Assembly: GCA_002245135.1 (NCBI GenBank)
Contig: NGBS01000608.1
Coordinates: 62,001-88,667, forward strand
DNA: 26,667 bases
Source of the DNA: Proteromonas lacertae
Lineage: Eukaryota
Direction: 5' to 3'
In this document: positions 9,719-24,700 of the stretch, piece after piece
How positions within the stretch are numbered: the stretch's first letter is position 1
Layout of the letters: every line of letters begins with the position of its first letter
Notes under the pieces: generated by a model
What the model was told of the DNA's origin: nothing
Database searches by the model: none
Seen by the model: the letters and a program-made list of their open reading frames with translations, nothing else
Position numbers and translations under genes: made by a program

Positions 9719-12700
9719 ATGAGATTATTTCTATGCTTTATTATTTCCATATGTATAAATACTATTCTATAACTATTCATAGTCTTGAGTATATCAGGAT
9801 CTGCAGCTTTACAAGAGAATGGGAAAGAAAATTCTTCAGATACTTTTAAAAGAGTAGAAGATCCTCATAGAGACGAATCTCATCAAGATGGTGTGATGAA
9901 GATGAGAATATGTAAAGCAGAGTCAGAATATGACTTTAAACTTACTCTTTTAAGTGGTGAAGATGATAAGAACTATGTAAAAATAAATAAAAATTACCCT
10001 AGATATTTATTTACTTTACATACAGGCGATGAGAAAATTGACTTATTAGAACTATTCTATGAACATCAAAAGAATGAAATACAAATATTGTATTTTTGTG
10101 ATGTTAGGAGTGGTTTTATATTACGAAGAAATAAAGGAGTAAGTTCAAATTCTAGATTTGGTGTGTTACAAATTGAATCACGTGAATATGATAGTAAAAT
10201 AGTCAATTTAGACGAATTAAAAGAAGAAGATGATATTATATTATATGAAATGACTAGTTATTCAAGAAATCTACAGAATTATGTTATAGTAAGTGATATA
10301 TGGCAATACTCTGATAAACAACCTTCAAATATAGAATGGACAAGGTTTTTTGAAGATGATAATTCATGGAATAAAGTAACATCTTCCTTTCCTTCGAAAC
10401 AGGTAATTACACGATATTATCGAAATACATTTTTCACTTCAGACATTGATATTTATGGTCCACCATTAATGACTATAAATTATAATGATGGAATAATAAT
10501 ATATATAAATGGAAACGAAATATTTCAAAGAAATATGCCATTTAATGAAATATCATCAACAACAACGTCCATTAAAAGTGAAACAAGAAATGAAGATATA
10601 TCAATTCCTTTTACAGCATATCAAGAAGGTATAAATTATATTGGAATAGAAATTCATTCTTATTCTTCAAATCCTTCGAATGAAATAGATTCATTTTCAT
10701 TTTCAATACGTTTTACTGATAAAATAAGAAACAAAAATTTATTAACCATTTATAAAGATGTAGATGTATACATGGAAGTTCCAGGACCTTATAGACCTGT
10801 TATAAACAGAGGAACATCTTATAATAATACAGATGGTTTTAAATACATTTTTAGTTTTTATGATAATATTTTAGAGATTGAATTAGACTCTAGAGGTTCT
10901 GAATCAGATTGGTTCCCATTCAGTTTTATATTTACATTTAAAGATAAAAAACCTCGTGCAGTTACTGATATTCAATTTGTTGGTTGTAGTGATCAACCAA
11001 AGTATCATCCAAAAGGTATAAAAATCTATGGATCAATAGATGGTGAAAATCAGAATTGGGAAGAGATTTACTCAACTCAAGATATTCGTTTCAATGACCA
11101 ATGCAGTGATAGTCTAAATAATAATAACGCTGAAATAAATAAATGCTGTAATGATAATAGTTATATATATATATATAATCCGAAAGTGTATGGAAGTTTT
11201 AAATTAGAGATTCTAAATATATATGGTTTTTCTGAAGGAGTTGATAATCTAATTCAGTTTAGATTTTTTATGGTATATATTAGTCAGTATAGAATATGTG
11301 AAAATGATTATTCTGGATTTCCTCGTGTGTATGCATTAGGTACATCAATAATAAAAACAGATGCTGGTGTTGTATCAAGAAAATGCAATGTATATGGAGT
11401 ATGGGAAAAATATAATTACTATACTGACAAACCTCAGCTTAGTAATGATTGGTTGTTATTTTTTGAAAATGATAAAACATGGAATGGAGTAATTGAATCA
11501 AATTATCCATCAAAATCAGTTATAACCAGGTATTATAGAAGAATATTTATGATACCTGAGCTATATACATATGGTGCTCCAATATTTTTTATAGATTATA
11601 AAGATGGAATAATTGTGTATGTAAATGGAAAGGAAATATTTCGAAAAAATATGCCTTTTAGTGGAAAAATAACATCAACAACTAGAGCAACTAAAGCTGA
11701 ATCTCGACAAGCAGAAATATCAATACCATTAACAGTAATTCAATCAGGTAAAAATTATTTCGCCATAGAAATACATTCATATTCCTCAAATCCAACAAAT
11801 GAAGTTGATAGATTTGCATTAATAGTTCTAAATACTGTAGCTTTTAAAACTCCATATCAACGTTCAACACATGATAGGGTAAATAGCAATTATATAACTC
11901 CATCTGGAAAATCAGTTCAAAGTGTGAATAATGTTGAGAATACTTATTCTATTGATAATGGTTATGTTCAGTATTATTTAAATCCACACAATAGCTCAGA
12001 TCATGTTGAATCTGATTGGTTTCCTTTCAGTATTACTTATACATTTAAAAGAAGAATCTCAAATTATTTCAATCAATTTAGAATTAGTGGATGTACAGAT
12101 GATGCTAATGCTCATCCAAAACATATTCGAATATATGGTTCAATGGATAGTGGAAATCTTAATTGGGAATTTCTATATGAAAATAAAGATTTAGGATTAA
12201 ATGAGTTGAATTGTACTGATATATCAACATATCCTTTACTGTTTGAAACATCCTATGAAATATATAAACTAGAAATTGTAGAAGTGAACAATTATGAAAA
12301 TATTAATGGTGATTACATTAAATTTAATTTATTTGTTGTAGATGAAGCACCATTACCAATATGTGACATTAATAATGAAGGTTTCCCATCAATATCTGCT
12401 GGAGGAACATCAATAATGAAATGTGGTGAAAGAAAACTTAGCAGAAAGTGTAAAGATAATGGAGAGTGGGATGTGGGAGAAGAATGTACGCTAGAATATA
12501 CTGATAAACCTCAATTAACAAATAATTGGTTATTATTTTTTGAGAATGATAATACTTGGAATAGAGTAACCGATTCATTTCCACCTAAATCAATAATAAC
12601 AAGATATTATAGATCTACTATTTATATTCCAAATATAGTAGAAAGTGGTCCTCCATTATTATTAATAAATTATAATGATGGAATAATAATAAATGTAAAT

Positions 12701-15700
12701 GGAATTGAAATATTTCGAAGAAATATGCCATTTGATGAAATAACTTCATCAACAACAGCAATTAAGAAGGAAGAAAGGAATGAGAACATAACAATCCCTT
12801 TAACTGTAATTCAAGAAGGTGTGAATTATATTGGAATAGAAATTCATTCTTATTCTTCATATTTATTTAACGAAATAGATACATTTACATTTTCATTATT
12901 AATGACTGATGTAATATCAGATAAAATTCAAATATCTACTTTTGAGAATGTCGATATTTATCTAGATGTTCCAGGACCAAATAGACCTAAAATAAATAGA
13001 GGAAGTTCAGCTAATAATACAGATGGACTAAAACATATGTTTGAATATTTGAGTAATCGAATTGGTATTCAATTATCTCACACTGCCAAAGAGAATTGGT
13101 ATCCATTCAATTTTATCTTTTCATTTAAAGACAAAGATCCTCATTATTTTAATGAAATAGATTTTGCTGGATGTACTAAAGATGTAGAATTTCATCCCAA
13201 AAGTGTAAAAATATATGGATCTATAGATAATGAAAATCGAAATTGGGAAGAAATATATTCAAATGAAGACATGGGTTTTAAAGTCACTTGTAAAGATTTA
13301 GCAACTGCTTCATGTTGTACTGATAGAAAAGACATATATATTCCAAATCACAAAGTATATGAGAGTTATAGATTAGAAATTCTTGAACCAAATACTTATA
13401 TAACTAATGGTAATAATAATTATATTCAATTTAGATTATTTGTATTAAATATAAAGCCATTACCAGTATGTAAGCCAGATAAATTTCTTTTTCCATCAAT
13501 ATCTGCTGGAGGAACATCAATAATGAAATGTGGTGAAAGAAAACTTAGCAGAAGGTGTAAAGATAATGGAGAGTGGGATGTAGGTGCGGTTAACTCATTA
13601 GAATATACTGATAAACCTCAATTAACAAATAATTGGTTATTATTTTTTGAGAATGATAATACTTGGAATAGAGTAACCGATTCATTTCCACCTAAATCAA
13701 TAATAACAAGATATTATAGATCTACTATTTATATTCCAAATATAGTAGAAAGTGGTCCTCCATTATTATTAATAAATTATAATGATGGAATAATAATAAA
13801 TGTAAATGGAATTGAAATATTTCGAAGAAATATGCCATTTGATGAAATAACTTCATCAACAACAGCAATTAAGAAGGAAGAAACAATGAAAAATATAGAT
13901 ATTCCATTAACTGTAATTCAAGAAGGTGTGAATTATATTGGAATAGAAATTCATTCTTATTCTTCAAATCCATCTGAAGAAAATGATAGTCTTTCATTAA
14001 TAATATTATTGACTGATAGAATTAATTATAAAACTCAAATCTCAAGTGCTGATACAATAGAATCTGGATATAAAAGTGCCAGTGGAAGAGAACTGAAAGG
14101 TATAAGTAATATCAATAATACTTATTCAATCGAAAATAATTATGTTGGATATTGGTTAGTTAGTAATACAGAAAATCATGTTGAATATGAATGGTTTCCA
14201 TTTAATATAACATATAAATTCAAATACAATAGAGTAAATTATTTTAATCAATTCAGTATAAGTGGTTGTACAAATAATCCTAATACTCATCCCAAACATA
14301 TTCGTATATATGGTGCAACAGATAGTGATAATCCACATTGGGAATTATTATATGAAAATGAAGATTTAGGATTAAAAGAAACAGGAAATGATGTTGTTAG
14401 TGAAAATACTTGTAATACAGTTTATTCATACCCATTGGAAGTTAAAAAGTCCTATGAGATATATAAATTAGAAATAATATCAATAGAAAATTTTGATGAT
14501 TTATGGGGTGGTTATATTCAAATGAGATTATTTGTAGTTGATATAATACCTTTACAGATATGTGAAAAAGACGATTTAGAATTTCCGTCCGTATATGCAG
14601 GAGGAACATCAGTTTTAAAGTGCTACTCAAGAAAGGTTACTCGAAAATGTAATGAAAATGGAGAGTGGGAAATACCTGAAATATGTATAGAAGAAGTAAA
14701 ATCACTTGAATATTATCATACTTATTATAATTTAACAGAAGGAATAAAATATACTATTAAACCTAAAACCAAAGGTATATGTTCATCAATAGAGAATTTA
14801 GAAATGCCAAATGATAATGGCTTTAGAATGAATGATGGAGAATTAACAATACAATTGATAAAACCAATAGAAGGAGTTGCTGAAGTGAAGTTTCAATGTG
14901 GAATTGATGGATCTAATACAACGTTAAGATTCTCAAGTAATAATGGTTATATGTTGTATTCAAATTCAAAAATAACTGAAATTAGAAGTTTCTTATATAA
15001 TGATGGTGTTAAAAGTTGTGAAATATTTCCTTCTTTACCATTTGGAGTTGATTTTAATCCAACTTATTGTACAATCAATGGATATTTAACAAATGTAGTG
15101 AGTGAAATGAAGGAATACACCATAAAATATACAATGAAAGATGGAGAAAGACAAATAGAAGATGAGAAGATAAGAATTGGAATTAGTTCTAGTTTGAAGG
15201 AATGTTCTTATGGAGTAGATGATGTAATAGTTATTCCTCAATCTCAATCATTTATAATCAATAAACCTCATTGTAATGTTCCAATTCAAAGTTGTAGATT
15301 AAAGAGTGGAGTATTATTTGATAATTTGGTTTTGAATACTTTGATTGGTGAATTATCAACAACAGGAATAGCAAATGTTCAGAATGAAAGAGAAATAATT
15401 ATTGAATTTACTAATTTGAGACAAACAATAGAAACAAAACTGAAATTAAAAGTAGAATCAGTTTCACCAGCTAAATCTCATCCAATCCAATTCTTCCAAT
15501 ATCAATCAAATGAGATATTATTTGTGAAGAACATTAGTAGTATATATTCACCATCATTTGAAGGTGAAATAGACAGTTGTGAATATAATATAGAAACTAA
15601 TGGTGGAAGTTTACCAAATGGAATTACAATAGATAATACATGTACAATTAAAGGTATATTAACTGCAAAGCCAAGTTATGATTCTCAAAAGATTGTTGTT

Positions 15701-18700
15701 ACTGGAAAAAATAGTCATAGTTCATCCTTATTTACAGTAATTATTCATTATGGAGCAGATACAACTCAAGCTATTCAAGGATATAAAACATATTATTATA
15801 AAGATTTATTTGATGAAAATGCATGTTGTTTATCTCATGGTGTTTCTAAGAAAGCAATATTGAAATATGTAATGACAAAGAGATATATTGATTATGATAA
15901 AGGATCATATTTATGGCCTGATTTAAGTTATAATTTAGAAATACAAACCTCAATTAATTTCACATATGTAATTAATTCAGTAAATATAAGAAATAAATGG
16001 TCAATGTCAGGAAATTGGTATTATTATTCTGGTGTTTGGGATTTCAATACAAATTATGATAATAATAGATTCTGCACAGCTGACTGTCCTGCACGTACTA
16101 ACCTAGTTGGTAATTATTATCATACCTATGGTGAAAGATATTGGTATTTTGGAAGACCAAGTAATACAAAATCTAACACTTTCGAAGCTATTTATAAAAA
16201 ACTAAAACCACAATCATCAGAAGAAATCGGGTATTTTGGTGATGAAATGTATCACATTCCTGTTGGATTTATGGAATATAATTTTACGTATGCAATTTAT
16301 CCATTAAATGCTCCAATTCCTGTGAATATTCCAATATTCCATAAATCAATACAATTTGCTTCATGTATGTCATTTTCTATATATCCAACATTACCAGAAG
16401 GTTTATTATTTAATGAAGGAAATGGAGAAATAAGTGGAAATACAAAAGCAGAATCACCATTAACATCATATTTTATTACTGCACATTCAAATTCAGTTGA
16501 TAAAATCTCAACAAAAATAGAAATTGGTGTTGAAAGGTATGAAGATACCACTTCATTTGCTTGCAATACAAATCCTGAATATATTGTTGGTGTAGAAATA
16601 TCAATACAATGTGAAACAAGTCAATCGAAATTCACTTCAAGTTCATTACCAAGTGGTTTATCATTAGATAAAGATACAGGAATTATTTCAGGAAAACCAT
16701 TAGAAGCTGTTACTGGTTATACAGTAAAGATATATAGATATGGATTAGTAGGAATTTCATCAACTGAAATTACATTAAATATAAAATCCTCCAGTTATTA
16801 TTTCAGATTAATTTATGAATATGTTGAAGATAAAAATATTGAAATAAAACACAATGATAATACTGAAGTTACACCAATTGTGAAAGATAGTCCAAGTTTA
16901 AAAGTAGTAGAATATGTAGTGAATGAGAATGGTGGAAATGGAAATTATAAAATCACATTTTACCATCCTGGAAAATATATAATCTACAATTCAAAGAATG
17001 ATGAATTATTTGCCAAAGAAGTTAATTTAGAATCTCCAGAAATATCATTTTCTGTTGTAGGAAGTGGAAATCCAGTAATAGAATATGATGATATAAAAAT
17101 AATTAGATATATGGATTTTTATATTGGTCCAAAAATAACGAATGGAGCTAATATATTCGAAATTGATAAAATCCCCAAAGGAATGTATTTTGATTCATTT
17201 ACAGGAGTATTATATGGCTTAATAGGAGAAGAATATGAAGATTATGAAATATCAATCAGATGTAGAAATGAATATGGATATTCTAATCTAGTTAATCTAA
17301 AAATAACTCCTGTATATTGCAATGGAGTAGTTTTAACTTTAACTACCAGTTTTAGTTGTGAAGATAATGATAATTTAGTGAAATTAAAATCATTAGATAG
17401 AAGCATTATATTGTTTGATAAAGCCAATGTTGGTTCAACAACGAAAAGGTTCTGTACCACAGAAGGAATTTATAATTTACACACAAAATTCTCAAATTCA
17501 GAATCGTCAGTTAAACTAGAAGTTATGGAGGCTGAATCAATAATTGAAATGATTCCTGGAAATAGTAAAGTATCAATAATTGCCAATAAACTATATAAAG
17601 AAGATAATAAATGGTATTATAATGACAATACACAGTCTGATAACTCACGGATTAAATTTACTGAAAATAGTGGTTGGACTGAGAGTAGACCAATATCATT
17701 TCCAGATAAATCTCCTTCACTAGTAACAAGATATTATAAGAATGTATTTAGTTATTCTAAATCATCTGATTTAGAGAAATATTTCAAAATCAAGTTTCAA
17801 TATGAAGGTGGAATGATAATGTATTTGAATGGAAAAGAAATTTATAGATTTAATTTACCAGAAGGAATAATAGATGGTAATACAAATGCATTAGAGAATA
17901 TTGGATTAAAAGAAGTGAATTTACCACTTCCTTTATCAATTTTATCTTCATCAAATATATTAGCAGTTGAAATTCATAAAGTCCAAGGTGATGTTACTGT
18001 GAAGGACAATTTTAATATTGATTATCAATTTATTCAAATCAATGAATGTGTAAGTAAACCATTATTGAAAGTAGAGTCAATCAAAGCATTTGGTAATGTG
18101 AATGGTGATATTGGTGAATATCAATTAACATCTGAAGAAATATCCAAACTAATAGATGATTCAACATCAACCAAATTGAGTTTTGATATGAGAAGAAATA
18201 GTCATATAATGAATACTTGGATAGAAATAACATTTAAAGAAAAGATATTATTCAATAATTATATATTATCTGCTCCAAGTGCTGGGCTATTAAACTCATT
18301 TCCAATCGATTGGGATTTATATGGAAAGAATGATCAAAATGAATGGAAATTACTTCATGAGATAAGAAATAATGTAGAACCAGTTTATAATGAAAAATTA
18401 CCATTTTTTATTCCTAATAATGATGTAGAATATAAAACATATTTATTCAATTTCACTCGTCGAGGTGTATCTGGTGATTATTTATCTCCTGAATTTACAG
18501 TAGCTGATTTTATTCCTCAATTATGTAATTATCAAAGTTATTGTTCTGATTCAAATATACCAATGGGTAAAACAATAATCTCAACCTGTGGTTATGGATT
18601 ACAATCTGATGGTAAAACTGATTCATCAGAACCAGCTCGAATATATACAACATGTAGAAATGAAATAGGAAATGCTGTTCTTGAAGAATCAACAGGAACA

Positions 18701-21700
18701 AGTTGTTCATTAAAGAGATATTGGTTTGGTTGTTCGTCTGAAGTAGAAGAAATATATGTGGGTGATGAAATTAATAAACAATTATGTTTTATAATAATTA
18801 ATGGAGATTTTACTATTTCTTACCAACCACAATTACCTGAAGGTTTAAATATTGATGGAAATGGATTATTAAATGGAAATGCAGTTCAAACTACTCCCAA
18901 AGTTAATACAAAAGTTACAATAACGTCAAGTGGAAATTATCTAGAAAATGAAAGAGTGAGATTTGATTATATAAAATTGAAAGTGAATGGTCCAAGTTGT
19001 TCTGTTGATAGTGATTGGTCAGAAACAGAAGTTGGTCATGTAGCAGAATTATATTGTGATGAAGGAAGTAATAAGAATACAGAATTAATGAAAAGAAAAT
19101 GTTGTATATGATAAAGATAATAAATCTGCCAAAATGGTCAAATGATATTGATAAAACTGAATGTAATAATGGAGATGTATATCTTTCAACCTATCCAAAT
19201 GTTGTTATTACTCATGAATTTAATTCAGATATATCTTCAATCACACCAGAATCTGCATATATTACTAAAAGTGGTAAAACACTTACAGTCAATAGTAGTG
19301 TAGAAATAGTTCAAAAATTCGAAGTTACATTAAGTGGTTTAACAACACACAATGTTTATGTGAGTGTAGTGAGAGATGTAGGTAAATGTAGTTATGGTGT
19401 GGAATATATTAGAATTTATCCAATTGAAATAGATTTAGAATTAAAATGTGATAAAAAACCATCCTATTTATTAGTAGAAAATCTACCAAATGGATTGAGT
19501 GTAGATGGAAATGGAAAAATTAGTGGAATGATAGAAGATCCAACTGAGTATGAAGAATATAAAATGATAGTAACTTATATAATAGATAAGAAATATCGAA
19601 TAGTATTGAATTGGTATAAAAAGACAAAAGAAATGTCAAATGGATTAGAATTTATCAATGTTGCAGAATCTAATCAAGATGGAATTGATGATTATAATTA
19701 TGGAACAACATTTTATAATACTCCATTAAAGAATTATTGGTCAAAATTTGAAAATGGAGTTTATAAAATTAAAGATAAGAAATTAATTACTTCATCTAAA
19801 GTTGATCTTTCATTTGCTGATGAAGGATGTTTAAATGATTGGTGGAATCCTTGTCAATATGGAATTGCTAGAATGAGAGGATATATAAAAATAGATGAAG
19901 ATAAAAGTTATACATTTTCAGGAAAATCTGATGATAATCAAAAGTTTGCATTTAGAAATTATGAAGAACAAAGATATAATACTATACAATGGGATGATAC
20001 AAAAAGTTATACAGTCGAATTGAAAAAAGGTTATTACGTAATTGGATATTTATCATTCTATGGTAATGGACCAAATGGTTATGAAGCTTATATTGATGGA
20101 AATCAATTAGATGGTAGAATATTTAGTGGTGGATTTTTACTTTCTCACTTGTCATATAACACATTATTTGTTCAATCTAATAAAGATGATAAAGTAAGTC
20201 TTAATCCTAGTTTCAATGGAATTGTCTCAGAATGGGAAATAACTCCATCAATTGATGGATTATCAATTAGAAAAGATGGAGTAATAGAAGGAGTAATTTC
20301 AACATGTAATAATGATTATAAGTTAGTTGTTGTTAAATCTATTAATGATATAGATTTATGTAAATCATCAACAGAATTTCAGCTTCACTGTTTTGATAAA
20401 TCATATTCAACTATTCAAAATGGTTTAATAGTGAAGTATTTTGTTTTGCAATCAGTTGATATTAATCACAATATTGAAATATCTACAATGAAAGAAGAGA
20501 ATTTGAGATTAGAAAGAATTGAAGATAATATTTATCATGATCAAAGTGAAGAATTATGGAATACTTTACCAGATGAATTAGAATATTCATTTGTAGCTGA
20601 ATATAAAGGGTATATTAGAATTGATTCTCAAATGAGTGGAAATGTGAAAATATCATTAGAATGTTATGATTATTGTAGATTAACATTATCAAGTTTGAAT
20701 ATAGAATGTTTAGGTTTTGGTTATCATAAACAATCATCAGATATTAGTTTAAGTGAAGGTAATTATCCAATTGAAATAATATATGGAAAAGGAGATTTTG
20801 ATAAAACCAAATTATTAAAAATCTATTATTCCAAAGATAGTGTGAATGAAACGCCAATACCTGTAACTTCTTATTTCTATGATCCAGAATATCCTATTTT
20901 ATATAATCCAATTAAAACTAAGGTATTATAATAATTTACAAATTTCAATCAATTCTCCATTTAAATCAAATACATTTATAAAAGATGTAAAAAATGTTAA
21001 ATATTCAATTACTCCTTTACTCCCTGAAGGATTATCATTGAAAGAAAATGATGGATCAATAAGTGGAACAACAGCATTAATTGATGATAATACAAATTAT
21101 ATAGTAAAAGTCGAGTTGGAATGATAGGAAGTTATTACTATTCATCATTTTCTTTTTCAATATTACCAAAGAATGAACCAATAATTGAATATTCAAGTAA
21201 TTCATTCGAATATGGTATTGGCGATAATATTAATATATCACCAACTAAGATGAAATGTGATTATATTCATGCAGTTAGGTTTGCCAAATGGAATATCGAT
21301 TGATAGAAATGGTGTAATAAGTGGAATATCTTCATCTTTAGTTGATAAAAATGTTGAAATTGATTGTTTTACATATAAGAAACATAGTGTTACTATTCAT
21401 TTAACTGTTGTGGCTTGTGCTGGAGGAAAAGGATTTTTTGAATTTCAATATTTAATACATTCCAATCCTGAATTAGTCAGTTTTAAAATATATCCATCAA
21501 ATAATATTAGTAATGTGATATTTGAAGAAACAAATAATTCAACATTACAAATGAGAAAGAATATTCATATTCGAAATGTGTTGAATATGGAAATTATAAA
21601 TTAGAAGTAAAAACCAAATCTTCAAAAGGTGGTTGGTATAAAATATTCTATGAAGATGAGAATATATATCAATTTAAAGAATTTGAGATTGATATTTTAA

Positions 21701-24700
21701 CAGAATTTCCAATCAAAAGTAGTTATGAAAAGCCAATAATTCATTATGAAGAAAATAATGTGTTATATTTCAATGAATATGAAAAGTCTGTATATCCAAA
21801 TTATATTGAAAATGGTTTGAGTATGATGAATATAAAAAGTGGTATATTCACCAAATACAATCAAATTAGATTTTAAAACAGGCGTATTATCAGGAACATT
21901 ACCTTCAAATTCTGCAGAAATAAAATTGATAATAGAGATGAGAAATACATTCAGTAAAGAAAATAGTGAAATAGAAATAACATTAAAATATGAAAAATGT
22001 AGAATGGAAGTAAAAATATCTTTATTGGCAAGAAATTTACAAAGTGATAGAATTGATAATATATTATGTGAATTTAATAAAGAATATTATAAATATGAAT
22101 TATTTTCAACTATTACAGATGGACTTCAATCTAAAACAATGTGTTTAGAAGAAGGAAATTATATAGTAAAATTAGGAAGAGATGATGAATAGTGAAGAAG
22201 CTTGGAAATTTAGTGAATTTGTAATAAGTATAGTTGATGGTGGTGATGTATTTCGAGATAATTATCGAGGAGGAGAAATGAATGTGTTGAATGTGAATTT
22301 AAAGAATTATTTCAAAAGTAGTGATGAATTTAAATACAGTGATGTAAATCCAACAAGTATAGATTGGTTAGAAGGCAAATCAATAGAAGAATGGAAAGAT
22401 GTAAATGGTGTAGAACCATTAAATGGAGTGAAAGAAAGATATTATATAAAGAGAATCGAATTTAAAGAATCAACAAATAATTTAACATCATTTTATATTC
22501 GAATGAAATATTTCGGCAAAGTGATTTTATATATGAATGGAATGAAATTCTATGAAACCAATGCAAACTATGCTGTTGCAACTTCTGTGAATGATTTTGA
22601 ATATTATAAGATAAGTGGATCAATCAGTTTATTAGAAAGAAATAATTCTAACTATTTAGGAATAATATATGAGAATATTTATGATTATACTGGAGCTGAT
22701 ATAATTGAATTGAAAGAAATGATTTTAATATCTGGAATTGATTCTTGTAGTTATTCAATCTATGAAGATTATGATGATAGTTATGTGTATGAGAATATAG
22801 CAAGTGTTGATGATGCTCAGTGGCATGAAAGAATTTATAATGTTTTTAAACATTTACGAGATGGATCAAAATCAACATGGTTAGGTTATTCAAATCAATT
22901 AATTCAATTTGGAATGAATTTTTCTAACTATGAATCAAAATGGTTTAATGGAGTAATAATCAAAACTGGAACAGCTCCAAATCGATATCCAGTTGATTGG
23001 AAATTAAATGTAAGAATAAATTCAACCACTCAAAAGACAATACTTGAAAGAAATGGAGATAATCAAGATGTTTTTCCAACTGGATATGTAACCAAGTATT
23101 TTTCATCTGATAATAATGATGATTATATGAGTTATAATGGAATTGAATTATATATAAGTAAACATGGAATTGATGGATTTGAAACAACAGAAATCTCTCC
23201 ATTAAGTTGTAGATATTATTGTTTAAAAGAAAGAGAATGGGATTTGGCTAGAAAAGGAACAATAGCAAAATCTAATTGTGGAATAGGTACAGATGCATAT
23301 AAAACAAGAAAATGTAATGATGATTTAGAATGGGAAAATGAAATAGATGATAGAATGTGTGATGCAAAATGTATGAAAGATGTTTATGGTTTAAATATTA
23401 CAACTAATGCTGGAACAAAAGTAAATATTACTTGTCCAATTGGTATTGATGGAAATTGGATTGCTTATTGTGATGCGACTATAAATCCATCATTTATAAA
23501 TATTCAAGATAATTGTTATGATATCAGATATGAAATGATTTATTATATTGAAAAAGAGAATAATATAAATATTTCTCCAATAACAATTGGAAATACTCCA
23601 TCATTAGAATTTACATTATTATCAAAACCAAATTTCATTAGTATTAATAGTACATGTGGAATAATTAGTGGAAGTATTCCTTCAGAAATAACAGATGGAG
23701 TAATAAGAATAGAAGTTAATATAAAACCAAGAAATATTAATTATACAATAGATATAGTAGTGAAAAGTGATAATCAGAATAATGAGTTTTATCAGTTATT
23801 AGTATCAGAGAGTGAAAAAGTTGCAATTGATAAACAGTATGTAATTGATATGGATATTTGGAAAAGTCCAACTGATGATGAAATGAAATTCAAAAAGTTG
23901 AATGGAAATGGAGAAAATACAAAAATAATATTGAAATATTATCTTCACCAAAATTTCAATAACAGTAATAGTCTAATAGAAAATATAAAGAATAAAATAA
24001 TGAAACATATTCATATCAATGTGAATATATATGGATATGATGGTGATTCAAAGATAGAATCAAAATCAATATTTAAATCAATAGAGAACAGTTATTTATA
24101 TGATATAGAAATGAAAATAGAGGATGATATTGAAATAATAGTTGATAATGATAATAATGAAAATGGATTGTTATTTAATTCTTTAACCAATTCCATATTA
24201 TTACATGTTGGAATAATAAGTGAAAAGTTTGTAAAAATCAATATAAATAATGATAATGTAATATATGGTTTAATAAGTGGCAAATTAAATAATAATAATA
24301 ATAATAATAAAAATGGTGAGAAAGAAATAAGTGGAATATTTGTAAAGGTGAATAAATATTCAATAGAATCAAGAAATAAGAATGTGAAGAATGGTTTATT
24401 ATTTGGTGAAGTAAAAGATTTAAGACTTTCTTACAGTTTCATTGATGTAAATGAGATGAGTGTGAATGTTAAAAAAGGAAGTGTTAGTTTAACAATAGTA
24501 AGTGGAATATCAAATAGTAAAATTGAATATTATCGATGTTTTACATTAATTGGAAATACAGTGAATATAGAAAGTGAAGATGAGTTGTTATTCAGTCCAT
24601 ACTTAAATGAAGGAGAAAATGAATTATTGATTGATGAAAGTTGGAATGAATTGAAAATAGGCAAATTATCTGGTGAAATTGATATTTGTGGTTTTAATTG

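Noticed and set aside
12473..13601. 22-nt GT...AG segments at module junctions (GTGGGAGAAGAATGTACGCTAG; GTAGGTGCGGTTAACTCATTAG)
   Set aside because: Removal would frameshift an otherwise open ORF. They are shorter than all supported introns and lack GTAT.
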